Shown here: positions 12,401 through 22,936 of the stretch, piece after piece
Position numbering within the stretch: the stretch's first letter is position 1
How the letters are laid out: every line of letters begins with the position of its first letter
Source: Phoronis australis
Lineage: Eukaryota; Animalia; Phoronida
Assembly: GCA_002633005.1 (NCBI GenBank)
Contig: NMRA01000311.1
Coordinates: forward strand, 11,839-75,838
Reading direction: 5' to 3'
Length of the DNA: 64,000 nt
The notes under the pieces: generated by a model
What the model saw: only the letters and a program-made list of their open reading frames with translations
Told to the model about the DNA's origin: nothing
Database searches by the model: none
Program-made: the position numbers and the translations under genes

Positions 12401-15400
12401 ATTTCATTTCGTCAGTATTCTAAATCAAAAGTTGATTTATGTGAGCGAAGGTTGGTCTATAACTACTTTAACTGGCTAAATCACAAAAGACTGTCATAAC
12501 GCATCCAGCAAGTCCCAGGCAATTACTTAAAGCTCAAGTTCCATTCGTAACATTTTTGTATAGTTTCGTGTATGTTATTTCGCTGGTAAACTGGTAATTG
12601 CTTTTGTCGTTTAATAATAATGGGAAACCTTGGTTGCAATATCATTACATAGGTTCTTGTATATGTTCGTTCACTTCCTACTTCCTGACTTTTAAACTTC
12701 ATTATAAAGAAAGGTTCACAGTCTTATTTCCCAGGATTTACATCAAGAGGATGACAGCGCCAAGAGTGCATGATATCTGATTTCAAACTCACATGTTTTT
12801 ACTCACTAGACACGTTAAAAATAACAAAAAACATCCTAGTAGTGAGCAATAACACTAAATGGTCTTCTATACTATGTGTCGTGATACGACTTCAATGAGG
12901 CTATCATTTTCTGTATGTAGGTTCCAGAGTACTACGCTGAAAAATGCCCGGGCATCAAAGACAACGCAAGAAGGCATTTCTGTGGTAATTATAAGTTGCG
13001 TCTAACATAAAACAGTTGTTCAGCTTCATCATACTCCCTTCGGTCCACAAAATTTGCACCCTGTACGGTTATAACTCTTTTTTTCAAAAATACAATTCTA
13101 CCTCTACATTTCTATAATAGGCATAGACAGCTATCCTTTGAAACTTTGTGTGCGTGCTGAAGAGACGAGGAGGCTTTCGAAAACGCAACTAACTGGCAAG
13201 GTCTGTCTAAAGCCCGGATATAATTCTAACTGCGGTTTCCGGGCTGAATTTTATAGCATTATATTTTTGTGTGTTTCTTAATAAATTGTTAACTGTTAAA
13301 GAATGAAAAGCGATTTAAAGCAGAAATTTGGTCTTGCGCTCCAAATAACTATTTCAGATAAATAGCTAAAATTCACTTCAGTCAAGATGCAAAGTCTCTG
13401 AGAATATGCACATAACTGCAATCAATTAAGACGGTTATAACTGTAAAGTATTTTCAGACAAAGATACGCCCATAATTACACGCCTAAATCTGTTTCAGAC
13501 AAAGATACGCCCATAATTACACGCCTAAATCTGTTTCAGACAAAGATACGCCCATAATTACATGCCTAAATCTGTTTCAGACAAAGATACGCCCATAATT
13601 ACACGCCTAAATCTGTTTCAGATAAAGATACGCCCATAATTACATGCCTAAATCTGTTTCAGACAAAGATACGCCCATAATTACACGCCTAAATCTTTTT
13701 CGACAATGATTTGAAGTGTGAGCTTAAAACAACATCTTTGTGTTAGGGAGCACTGGACCGTTCTTTGCTGATCCTGGGCTTGGAAAACCTGTCTTCAGTT
13801 GGCAGCTAAGACAGTCTGTTCCACAGGGTGTATAAAACCTGAAAATATGAGCAGCATACTGGGCCACATACTTCAAAAACCTTGCACGAAGTCTATTGAA
13901 ACTGATTAAAAACTCGATTTTCTATCTCTTACGACTATCGGAGGTGCAGCGGGATACTTGAAAAAGAGCAAAAATGCACCAAATCAGCATTTTTTACCCC
14001 ATCCGGTTACTACGAACTGAGAGACAGTGCACTCCATTCAAATTGCCAAAACTTTCCACGTTACAGAAATCAGGTGAAAAGCGGGTGTCGACCAGCCAGC
14101 TTTTTTACAAATCCATAGTGTCTGAGTGTACCTGAATTTTCTTCTAAATTTCAACATCCCCCTTCACTTGCCAGAAATAAAGGTTTAAAAAAGTCACGGC
14201 TGAGCAAAACGTGGGTCGAGGGGTCAACATCTGGCAATCTTTCACTCAGCACAGACAAAAAATTAAGCAAATGACATTTGTAGCCTTCACCTGTCGTACA
14301 AAACTTAAAGTGCCCAGCAAATGTCAGTGATTGTTGGATGCACATTGTAATTTCTACCGTTCTTAATAGAAAAAGTAGTCATGCAACGCACTTTTCTACC
14401 TTCACGAAAGAAGCAAGGTCAACCCCGAAGGGGGTTTGTACCATCAAAACGGAGATGAAGGGAACATCTAAATTCTGACAGAAGTACACATATTAATATT
14501 CATCTGCAGAGCTCCAATCATTGTTATGAGCAATGCTCTTTCGATGAATTTGCTATAATAGACCAAGCAGAAACAACAAAGGAGCTGAAAATTCGTGAGG
14601 CTCTAGGGCCTACATATCAATTGGTGTAAACCCATCTCAATAAATAGGCAACTGGCACACCACAGGTTGTCATTGTTAGTCTAGTCTATTGTTACTCCCC
14701 TGTAACTGACTGTCTGTGTATCATTACTTGTTGTTGAGCCTCGCAGGGTGGCCACTGTTTTTTTGTGAGGATGATGTTTTAATATACAGCGAAACATGTC
14801 AAACCGGTTTAAATCCATCGTTGTTTTTATTAAAATATGCTGCTACTTGGTATCATAGAGATCTTGTACGGAATGGTTTGAGAAGTACATTTTGTAGTTA
14901 TGCAGCCTCGTATGATTTGCGTTTCAGGAGACTATGAAATGTCTTCTTACCATGACAGTTGTATCACTGTGCAACAAAATGCAATTCGTACTGTTAACGA
15001 ATATCTTATCTAGATGTCGGTTTAGTGTGGCATGTATAAGCCTTCGCACGTGAGATGTAGCGTGTCAGTCTGTTCCATTAACGGTATGAACACGGATGTT
15101 TTAGGGATGGTCGCCGCCCTGGACGAAGCCGTGATGAATGTTACCCAAGCATTGCACGATACAGGAATGTATGATAACACGATAATTATATTCACTACGG
15201 ATGTAAGTTGCTACATGTGGAATATCCTCGCACTGAACGCGAGATTTTGTGATGTCACTCGGTGGCTGAGAAAGATTGTGATGTCTTTGTACCGTAGTTG
15301 TCTCTGCATCGCGCGATGTCATTTACTTCTTGTTGGTTGGATCTTAGTCCAAAATAAAAATGGCTGATCGGATGAGTTGGAACAGAACTCCTTGTAGCCG

Positions 15401-18400
15401 GTGTAACAATAAATTTTGACCCCCGTGGAAAAAAGGCCCGGGTCACTTTTTTAAGTTGAAAAACAGAAAGGTTTCATTTTTAACGTTTGAAAACTGACCT
15501 GGCCAGTTGAAGTAACGATTTTACACGCGTGACAGAGCGACCCTCATTAAATTTTGACCCTTCCCCGCCCTTACGTTTGTTAGAGGATGCTTTACGCAGT
15601 AGTCTCGCTCTCAAGCTCAGCAGTGAATCATTTGCCAGTAACAAATTCCTCTAAGACCACCAGCAGCAAATAAAACCAACAATTTACCGAGTGAATATCC
15701 GAGGAGTAAAACTCCGTGATTTCACAAGCAAACAGGAGGCGACCAACAAAGTCGCACGTCAACGGACGGTTCCACCACAGGAGTCACTGTGCAGGATATA
15801 TCCGGCGGCTCCCTGCCAGTAGTATCCCAATCCAAGGGTCACTCATAGCTAGGACTGTCCACGAGAATTTGAAAAGCTCTTCCTCTCCTGTGGGTAGGCC
15901 TTCCTGATTTTTTTCCTCTGTCCCTTATTGCAGGCATTTTTTGCCCGGCCACACCCTGTTGCTGGATGCAACTCTGAAATCAACCAACTGGATGCATTTC
16001 TGCAAAGACAAAACTAAATTCGTCGTGCATGAATGCCAGAACAATGAGAGTGTAGTGACGTCTATTATTGGTGGGAAACATACATGTCAGAATGTTTAGT
16101 TGTACCCAACTAATCCCAACTTATCTCAACTTATCCTGCCATCACCACTGATGCAAGCCTGTTGCTGACATCATGTTTGTTATCAAACTGCCCCTGAAGG
16201 TGGCGCAGCGATTAGTGGGAATAGTTGAATTAGTTGAAATGCGTGATTGGTGTCTCTATTATGAGCCAGTGGATGACGTCATGTAAGTTATCTCCTATCC
16301 ACAGGTGGCGCAGCGATTAGTAGGAATCCAACTAATCCCAAATCATCTCAACCTATCCAGCCCTGAGCTATTCAACTAATTCTACCAATTGTAGCGCCAT
16401 CTGAAGTATTACTGGCATTGTGAGAAAGAAAGGCCTGAGAGTCACTGACTTGCCTATAGGTGGCGCAGCGATTAATGGGAATATTTGAAATGCGTGTTTG
16501 GTGTCCCTAAAATTGTGAGCCTGTTGATGACGACATATACCTTATCTACCAGCCCACAGGTGGCATATCGATTAGTGGGAATAGTTGAATTAGTTGAAAT
16601 GCTTGCTCTGTGTCTCTCAAGTTGTGAGCCTGGTGAGCCTTTCAGTGCTGGCGTCGTGTACTTTAGCTGTCTGCCTGCAGGTGACGTAGCGATTAGTGGG
16701 AATAATTGAATTAGTTGAAGTGTGTGTTCTGTGTCTCTCAAGTTGTGAGCCTGTTGCTGACGTCATGTTTGTTATCAGCCTGTCCCTGCAGGTGGCACAG
16801 TGATTAGTGGGGATAGTTGAGTTAATTGAAATGCGTGTTTGGAGTCTCTAAAATTGTGAGCCTGTTGGTGACGTCATGTACGTTATCTATCTGCCTACAG
16901 GTGGCGCAGCGATTGGTGGGAATAGTTGAATTAGTTGAAAAATGCTTGTTCCGTGTCTCTTAAGTTGTGAGCCTAGTGAGCCTTTTGCTGGCGTCATGTA
17001 CTTTATCTATCTGCCTACAGGTGGCGTAGCGATTAGTGGACGGTAGTTGAATTAGTTGAAATGCGTGTTCTGTGTCTCTCAAGTTGTGTCTCTGAAACTG
17101 TGAGCCTGTAAATGGTGTCATGTACGTCATCTACCTGCCCACAGGCGGCTCAGGAGTGGGAATAGTTGGATTAGTTGAAATGCGTGTTTGGCGTCTCTAA
17201 AATCGTGAGCCTGTTGGTGACGTCATGTTTATTATCAGTCTGTCCCTGCAGGTGGCGCAGCGATTAGTGGGAATAGTTGAATCAGTTACCATGTTTGTTA
17301 ATGATTTGTCGCTGAGGTTGGAATGTTGAATTTTTTTAATAGAATCTATAAATTATGAGATATAATTCACTGTTTCCGTCCCCTAAGCTAAGATCTTTCC
17401 TTGAAAGTGCAAACCAATGCCTTAGGTATCCGGAGCCCAGCCCAAGAATGCACACCCTCGATGTTTGAAAAGACTGTCTCCTGATCGAGAAATACTGGCA
17501 TTGTTATCCGAGGAAGTTGTCCGAACTATAATATCGCGGGGCATCAAAACGTAGCATCTTTCTTAGAATGGAAGCCATCTTAATTTGAAAAAATAACGCA
17601 ATTAATGTCTCGACGTTGTATTATTACAGAATGGGGGAATCTACTTTGGCTCAGGCTATAATTATCCACTTAGAGGTCAAAAGGCGACCATCTTTGAAGG
17701 TGGCACTCGGGGTACAGGCTTTGTGCACAGTCCTCTGTTGAAGAAAACCGGATATACCAGCAATGGGTAGGCACGAGGATCATCGTTTTAAAAGCTGCAT
17801 TTGTAATAATTACTTAGCAAAGTACCATCAAACCTCGCGCAACCGTTTACAATATCACATTTTTGATAGGAGCGAATGCGCTAGCCCGCTAGGGTTTTAA
17901 CCAGTTTTGAAAGGGGTATTAGACTTCCAATGTCTGGCCAATAAAGGCATATGCTGGTATCAGCTTTCTTTTAGCTTAATGAAGTGCAGTCCTATTATAA
18001 GCATAATGAAAATGCCACTAAAGAGTTGTTTCATTGACTAAACATAATTTAGAGCACTAGGTGACGTAGCATGCCATTTGGCTTTTTTCTGAATAATTGC
18101 CTTCAACATTGACGAAGGCATCACTTTCGTCAAATCGCTATTTCTACAAACTTCTGTCGTAGATATCCATCCGTGAACGTGTTGCTTTTTTCCACAATCT
18201 CTTGTCCAGTAACGAGTTACCTTCTTCACTTGGCTGTGTTTTCAAATACCGCTGACATGACGTGGAGTGGCTCTGGAATCGCATTTGTTTACTCCAGTTC
18301 ACGTCTAAAATTGTGACTAATTTGCAGCTAGCTTGCATATTCTAGATTGCATTCATGCAACCGCACCCCGGATCTGCTGAATGAACGAAAGTCAGTTGTA

Positions 18401-20395
18401 GGCGGAACCAGATTGAGTGTTGAATATCGCTGAGCGCTTTTCTTTAGTTTTCCGCTGACATCGTGTTAAAGATGCACATCTCTCATTAGCTTCCATGAAT
18501 CAAAGTATCATGTGTATGAGATTTCTGTTTCAACTTTTCTGAATGAGTTTTCAATGTCCCTGCAGGATGCTGCATGCCACCGATTGGTTTTCGACTATTA
18601 TTGGTCTTGCTGGAGGAGAAGCGCCATCTGATGTAGACGGCATTGACCAATCTGATCTCATTCTGAATGGAGGGCAATCCAAAAGGACAGAGTTTATATA
18701 CAATATTGACACTATTAAGGATGTTTATAACGTCGGTGCAGCTGGTATACGGTAAGATCGGTGCAGCACAACTGCGCCGCGGTGGTGTCGGGGGGTATCA
18801 GCGTTGCGCTCCATAGAGCAAATTTCTTGCGACGAAGACCACTCGCTGGTTTCTTGCGTGTCCGCTAGGGGGTAGAGAACACGCAGGTAATTTAATTTTC
18901 CTCGGGAATTTTTTTACACCGGCGTTTGTGATTGGCTGGTCGAATTCTTAACAAGTAGCGGTGGATGTAGTTTAATTGTGGTCTAATTGTGCAGACAAAT
19001 GGGTGCTTAATTCAAGAAATGTGAATCTGAAAGTTGTGGTTGTGCGCTTTCGGAGTGCAGTTTTTACTGTCGCTGACTTTTGTTTACGTTGCTGTCCTGT
19101 ATTCACACAGTATGAATAAAAAAACCTGACTAGCGAGATCTCAAAAGCACATTCTCAAGATATCGCAATGCGTTAAAAGCAAAGAACATGGTCACAATGC
19201 CATTACTCGTCGTATCTTGCTTCTACGATCGGAACGCGCCTCATTCATACTGAAGACCTCGCCAGGGAGCTTATACAAACGCCAGCAGCTTAGTATCGAT
19301 TCAACCTGAAACAGCTCCGGGGATGTTTTCTAACCAATTCACTGATTGGACTCAGATTGAGTACAGGCGTGACGTACACTTGCGCATGTGCAGATCTAGG
19401 TGCCGAAGATTTTCCCGCGGTGTTTTGCTGTGGATTGTTTTTCTAGCCGGACTGCCCCTTGTCCCCGGTCCTAACACCTGTGCTGGTCGCCACGGTTTCA
19501 CCCTGTCGTATACAAATTATTGGGGAGCAGGTACCCTCTTCCACTTCCTATATAACCCTGAGTAATTACTGAAAATGATTTCACTTGAAATTTGCCAATG
19601 CCCGAGCCAGAATTTCGACAATCCGAGCGTGCAGCAGACTACGTCTACTACTTAGGTTAGCTATTTAAAACTGTTTTATGCTTTTATTATTTAGGATGGG
19701 AGACTTCAAACTGATGATAGGCCAGCCTGGCATCGTAACATTTGGCAACTGGTTTGTTCCGCCTGAATATCAACAACATAATGGTGTGAAGCAGACCGCG
19801 CAGGATCCTAAAGAGGACACGGAAGACCAACTTTACCTATTTAACCTGAAAGGTGATCACTGGGGTTTTCTCAAAACGTGACCTTAATCCTAGAACACGG
19901 AACGTTTTTGTTAAACACGCATATCGTTTGGGTACAGCTTATCTCAGTTCTCCGGGCCTGGGGGTTTGCTTTGGCGGCACAAACGATCTCGCACCCACTC
20001 TTTCACAAGTACCCTCATAACTGTTGTGCAAAACGCTACGGAATGTATGTAAAAAAATCAATTTATCCTTCAGTTGTTGGAGTCAGCACGCCCCGTAGGA
20101 CTAATCTCCGTTCGTGAGTCAGGAAAATGACTATCTGATATGATCGCAGCGTCACCATGCGGATTAGTTTCAGAAAGTGCCGTTCTCTGAAAAAATATTT
20201 TATTTTTCTTTTGAAGACGATCCTGAAGAGCGGACCAATCTGTATCATCAAATGCCGGACCAGGTGAAAAAGATGAAAGCGAGGCTGGATTATTACCAGA
20301 GTCAGATGGTTCCCGCGTTAAATCCACCAGACGATCCAAATTCTAATCCGGAAAAATATGGCGGGGTGTGGTCACCCGGATGGTGTTCACCCTGA
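3309..20395 (+). CDS. ARSB: Arylsulfatase B/I/J-like sulfatase, whole gene: join(3309-3432,7767-7878,8488-8643,9911-10082,12111-12212,12921-12984,15105-15202,17630-17766,18566-18751,19695-19852,20217-20395), 495 aa
   Basis: All introns are GT-AG and phases are consistent (1488 nt). Signal peptide, [12 protein letters not shown], formylglycine motif [48 protein letters not shown] and a C-terminal GGVWSPGWC typical of the ARSB/I/J clade. Exact paralogue is uncertain. Confidence 0.93.
3933..4085 (+). pseudogene. THAP-domain N-terminal remnant (transposase-derived)
   Basis: [12 protein letters not shown] matches the M-x-C-x4-C start of THAP fingers; stop codon soon after. Confidence 0.35.
4205..4310 (+). 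repeat. Dispersed repeat fragment shared with about 8965-9075
   Basis: Both carry AAATAGAAT...GTTA(A/G)GAATATTATGAGACC(G/A)ATTT. Confidence 0.55.
5480..6881 (-). pseudogene. Possible highly degenerate Penelope-like reverse transcriptase remnant
   Basis: Interrupted peptides [31 protein letters not shown] and FSDIKR...ENVPMFE occur in the order of PLE RT motifs; weak, judged by eye. Confidence 0.3.
7767..7878 (+). CDS. ARSB: Arylsulfatase exon 2 ([10 protein letters not shown]...QPVCTP)
   Basis: ctccag acceptor, gtaagt donor; carries the catalytic Cys of CTPSR. Confidence 0.93.
8488..8643 (+). CDS. ARSB: Arylsulfatase exon 3 ([11 protein letters not shown]...HMVGK)
   Basis: atcag acceptor, gtaagt donor; completes CTPSR. 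Confidence 0.93.
9911..10082 (+). CDS. ARSB: Arylsulfatase exon 4 (WHLGFC...[12 protein letters not shown]...GVYSA)
   Basis: accag acceptor, gtaagg donor; GKWHLG signature. Confidence 0.93.
11757..11830 (+). mobile_element. Degenerate tRNA-like SINE head
   Basis: TAGCTCAGCCAG and GGTTCCATTCC at Pol III A/B-box spacing. Confidence 0.35.
12111..12212 (+). CDS. ARSB: Arylsulfatase exon 5 (HLFAAKA...[16 protein letters not shown])
   Basis: tttcag acceptor, gtcagt donor. Confidence 0.92.
12921..12984 (+). CDS. ARSB: Arylsulfatase exon 6 ([21 protein letters not shown])
   Basis: tgtag acceptor, gtaatt donor; phase fits both neighbours. Confidence 0.88.
13452..13696. repeat. 41-bp minisatellite, 6 copies
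   Basis: TTTCAGACAAAGATACGCCCATAATTACACGCCTAAATCTG, near-perfect copies. Confidence 0.95.
15105..15202 (+). CDS. ARSB: Arylsulfatase exon 7 ([10 protein letters not shown]...NTIIIFTTD)
   Basis: tttag acceptor, gtaagt donor. Confidence 0.92.
16105..17290. repeat. Tandem repeat of about 110-120 bp, about 10 copies, with short inverted segments
   Basis: Core CAGGTGGCGCAGCGATTAGTGGGAATAGTTGAATTAGTTGAAATGCG recurs near 16199, 16303, 16459, 16559, 16680, 16791, 16900, 17020, 17143 and 17251. Confidence 0.92.
17630..17766 (+). CDS. ARSB: Arylsulfatase exon 8 (NGG...[18 protein letters not shown])
   Basis: ttacag acceptor, gtaggc donor. Confidence 0.93.
18566..18751 (+). CDS. ARSB: Arylsulfatase exon 9 ([10 protein letters not shown]...AAGIR)
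   Basis: ctgcag acceptor, gtaaga donor. Confidence 0.92.
19695..19852 (+). CDS. ARSB: Arylsulfatase exon 10 (MGDFKLMIG...LYLFNLK)
   Basis: tttag acceptor, gtgatc donor. Confidence 0.9.
20217..20395 (+). CDS. ARSB: Arylsulfatase exon 11, terminal (DDPEERTNL...WSPGWCSP*)
   Basis: Long T tract plus gaag acceptor; TGA stop. Confidence 0.92.
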
Positions 20396-20518
20396 ATATT
20401 TATGGCTTCTAACTCGAATTGGAAGTTTGCCAAAGAGGGTGAGATCGGAATTCCACCTCGGAAATGGTGATTCGCTGTTTTAAATGATTTTCGTTTTTAC
20501 ATTTAACGCCGTATCATG

Positions 20519-20524
20519 AATAAA
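20519..20524 (+). promoter_or_regulatory. Candidate polyadenylation signal of the arylsulfatase
   Basis: AATAAA about 125 nt after the stop codon. Confidence 0.5.
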
Positions 20525-20987
20525 TGCTGTTTAATGGAAGAAAACGTAACTATTGTACTCGGTAGCTTTTGACTCAAAGTTCTTTAAAGACAGAACGCTG
20601 CTTCTAGTGTGATATGGATACAGCGTTACAGCACGTGAGATGCAGTGGGACTCAGTGGCGTAAACTTCAATCATTGTTTACTGACAATTTTGGTTCATCA
20701 TAACGTCAGAATTGATCACTGACCAGAATACGAGCCTTAGTAAAATAATCTCGTTTTAATTTTTTTTTTGTTGGCACGTAACAAATTTCCCATCTTCAGT
20801 TTCTATGTGACACATAATGCCGGCCTTCCACTTCGTCCCTGTATTACAGAAATGTCTTGTCGGACGTTTCAATTCAATTTAATTAAATCTTGTTCGTAGC
20901 AAATAAAGATTTCAGCTTTCTTTCCTGTTGCTATTTGCCTCAATCTTTGTTGCTTCCTTTCAGTCAGCCTCTTTCCCCTTCGAGGTT

Positions 20988-21125
20988 CTGGTCTTTCGTG
21001 TTCATCTTTTGCTATCGAATATTCAGTGGTTGGTCTTTCGTGTTCATCTTTTGCTTATCGAATATTCAGTGGTGGGTCTTTCGTGTTCATCTTTTGCTTA
21101 TTTCTTATCGAATATCCAATGGTTG
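20988..21125. repeat. Tandem repeat of about 43 bp, 3 copies
   Basis: GGTCTTTCGTGTTCATCTTTTGCT(T)ATCGAATATTCAGTGG. Confidence 0.9.
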
Positions 21126-22060
21126 TGTTATGATCGTTTTGTCTTCAAACATGCGTATAGCACGATAAGAACATGCCTACCGAAGAATAAAGTTTGGACA
21201 ACTAATAGTGTATTTCCCTTCTCTATTTAAATTCAACAAAAAATTGTGAGAAACTTTATGGAACAATTTATTTTTGAATGTAAAGATACATTCAGCAAAC
21301 GTAAATCTTGCTGTAAGAATGTAACACGGGACTTGCAGTTCGTAGGTTGACCACGCTACACTCACTCCTCTTAATAGTTATCAGACTATTGGTGTTTTTA
21401 TACGCGACAATGCCAGCAACCATAAGTGATTAATCTATTGTTTCTACAATCAAAACTCTATCGAAAAATACAAACGTTTACATATCAGTCTGACGACAAT
21501 TTTTCCTTCAACACGTGGACTCGGGAGTTGCGTGAATTCATCTTTCTGTATATGAAACAAAAGAATGTCTTGTCGTTAAAGGTCATTTTTCTTTAATTCA
21601 CAAAATTAAGTTTTATGTGATTAGTTTCATCAATCGAAAATTGCCACTAGAATAGGGGAGCCCTTCGTATGAATTAACGTTTTTACTGTCCATTTTTATG
21701 ACATTTTAAGTTAAAGTGAAATTGCAGTTGTGTAAGTATGTGATGTGACACCAGAAATAAATAAATACAATATTTTTATTAGAGTACTTTGATGACGGTA
21801 CCAGTACCAGTAAATACGAACGTTTTGATCGACCTTTTTGGGTCTTACATGCATGTTGCTGAAGGCTTCAATGGCCTGCTTCGTAGGGGGCGGGGGGTCC
21901 GCAATGCGGCACTGGTATGCAGCGAGAAAACCGTTTGACTTTCCATTTAAGTGTGGCCGTCCGTGGAATCTTTGAAAACCATTAGTTAATAAAATATACT
22001 CATAAGTCTTAGTTACCTCATTTTTATGAGATGAAATTCACGAACACACCCGAAGAGCTT

Positions 22061-22233
22061 CGCATGGCTGGTTTGGTTGAAGAATGCTACGCATGGCTGG
22101 TTTGGTTGAAGAATGCTACGCATGGCTGGTTTGGTTGAAGAATGCTACGCATGGCTGGTTTGGTTGAAGAATGCTACGCATGGCTGGTTTGGTTGAAGAA
22201 TGCTACGCATGGCTGGTTTGGTTGAAGAATGCT
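22061..22233. repeat. 29-bp minisatellite, 6 copies, downstream of the MMP stop
   Basis: CGCATGGCTGGTTTGGTTGAAGAATGCTA, perfect copies. Confidence 0.95.
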
Positions 22234-22703
22234 TCGTCTGTGAGCTTCGTGTGATATTTTTTTATTAAATGCGCATGAGTTATTTGAAAATAACAAAGCA
22301 TTCCATGTACATAACAAAGATAAGTAAATAAATAATTTATTACTGTCATTTACAAAAGTCACTGTCTTAATCATGAGCAACAGGAAAGAGAAATTCATTG
22401 TCATTTCTGTCTAAAACATTCTAATACAAGCCAATCAAAATTCGTTGATACACTAATATCATAACTGAAGACCTCACACGTGTAAATAGTGTTTACTGGT
22501 ATGTGCGACTCAATAAATACCCACATTTTACAAGTTACAAACAACGAGCACGCAGCCACCGCATTACCAATACCTGCCAAAGCCCAAAAAGTTTTTGGTG
22601 TGGCTTAAAAATAGCATTATTCGGAAGTAGAATAAAAGAAAATTGGCAAGCTTAAAATCCCCAATGAATGAAATTTTACAGAATTATTCGCCATTGCCTG
22701 TCG

Positions 22704-22936
22704 TCAACAAAAGTTAAACAACAAAACTACATAGAGTAACACAGACAACAAAAACTGGTTTTCTCTAGGTCGTCCCTGTGAGCTGATCCCTGCCTCGGTG
22801 GGTGGCGCAGCTGTTGTGGCATCTAGTGTACAGTTGAGATATCGTTGGGAGGCTGTTTGGGGCGCGACGTCGGCAATCTTCATAAACGCATTGTTGAACT
22901 CGTACACCATATCACCTTTGACAAAATACGTCTTAC
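22704..22936 (-). CDS. MMP exon 9, terminal (GKTYFVKG...YLNC...[16 protein letters not shown])
   Basis: tttcag acceptor; last blade, spacer and hydrophobic tail; TGA stop. Confidence 0.92.

Noticed and set aside
13032-14470. Stowaway/Tc1-like element starting TACTCCCTTCGGTCC
   Set aside because: I could not find a convincing matching right terminal repeat.
18555-18566. 12-nt identity (TGTCCCTGCAGG) between the exon 9 acceptor and units of the intron 7 satellite
   Set aside because: Too short, with no flanking similarity, and explained by the shared acceptor consensus or chance.
22061-22233. 29-bp repeats (and the 41-bp array at 13452) as a CRISPR array
   Set aside because: Head-to-tail units with no unique spacers, eukaryotic context and no cas genes.
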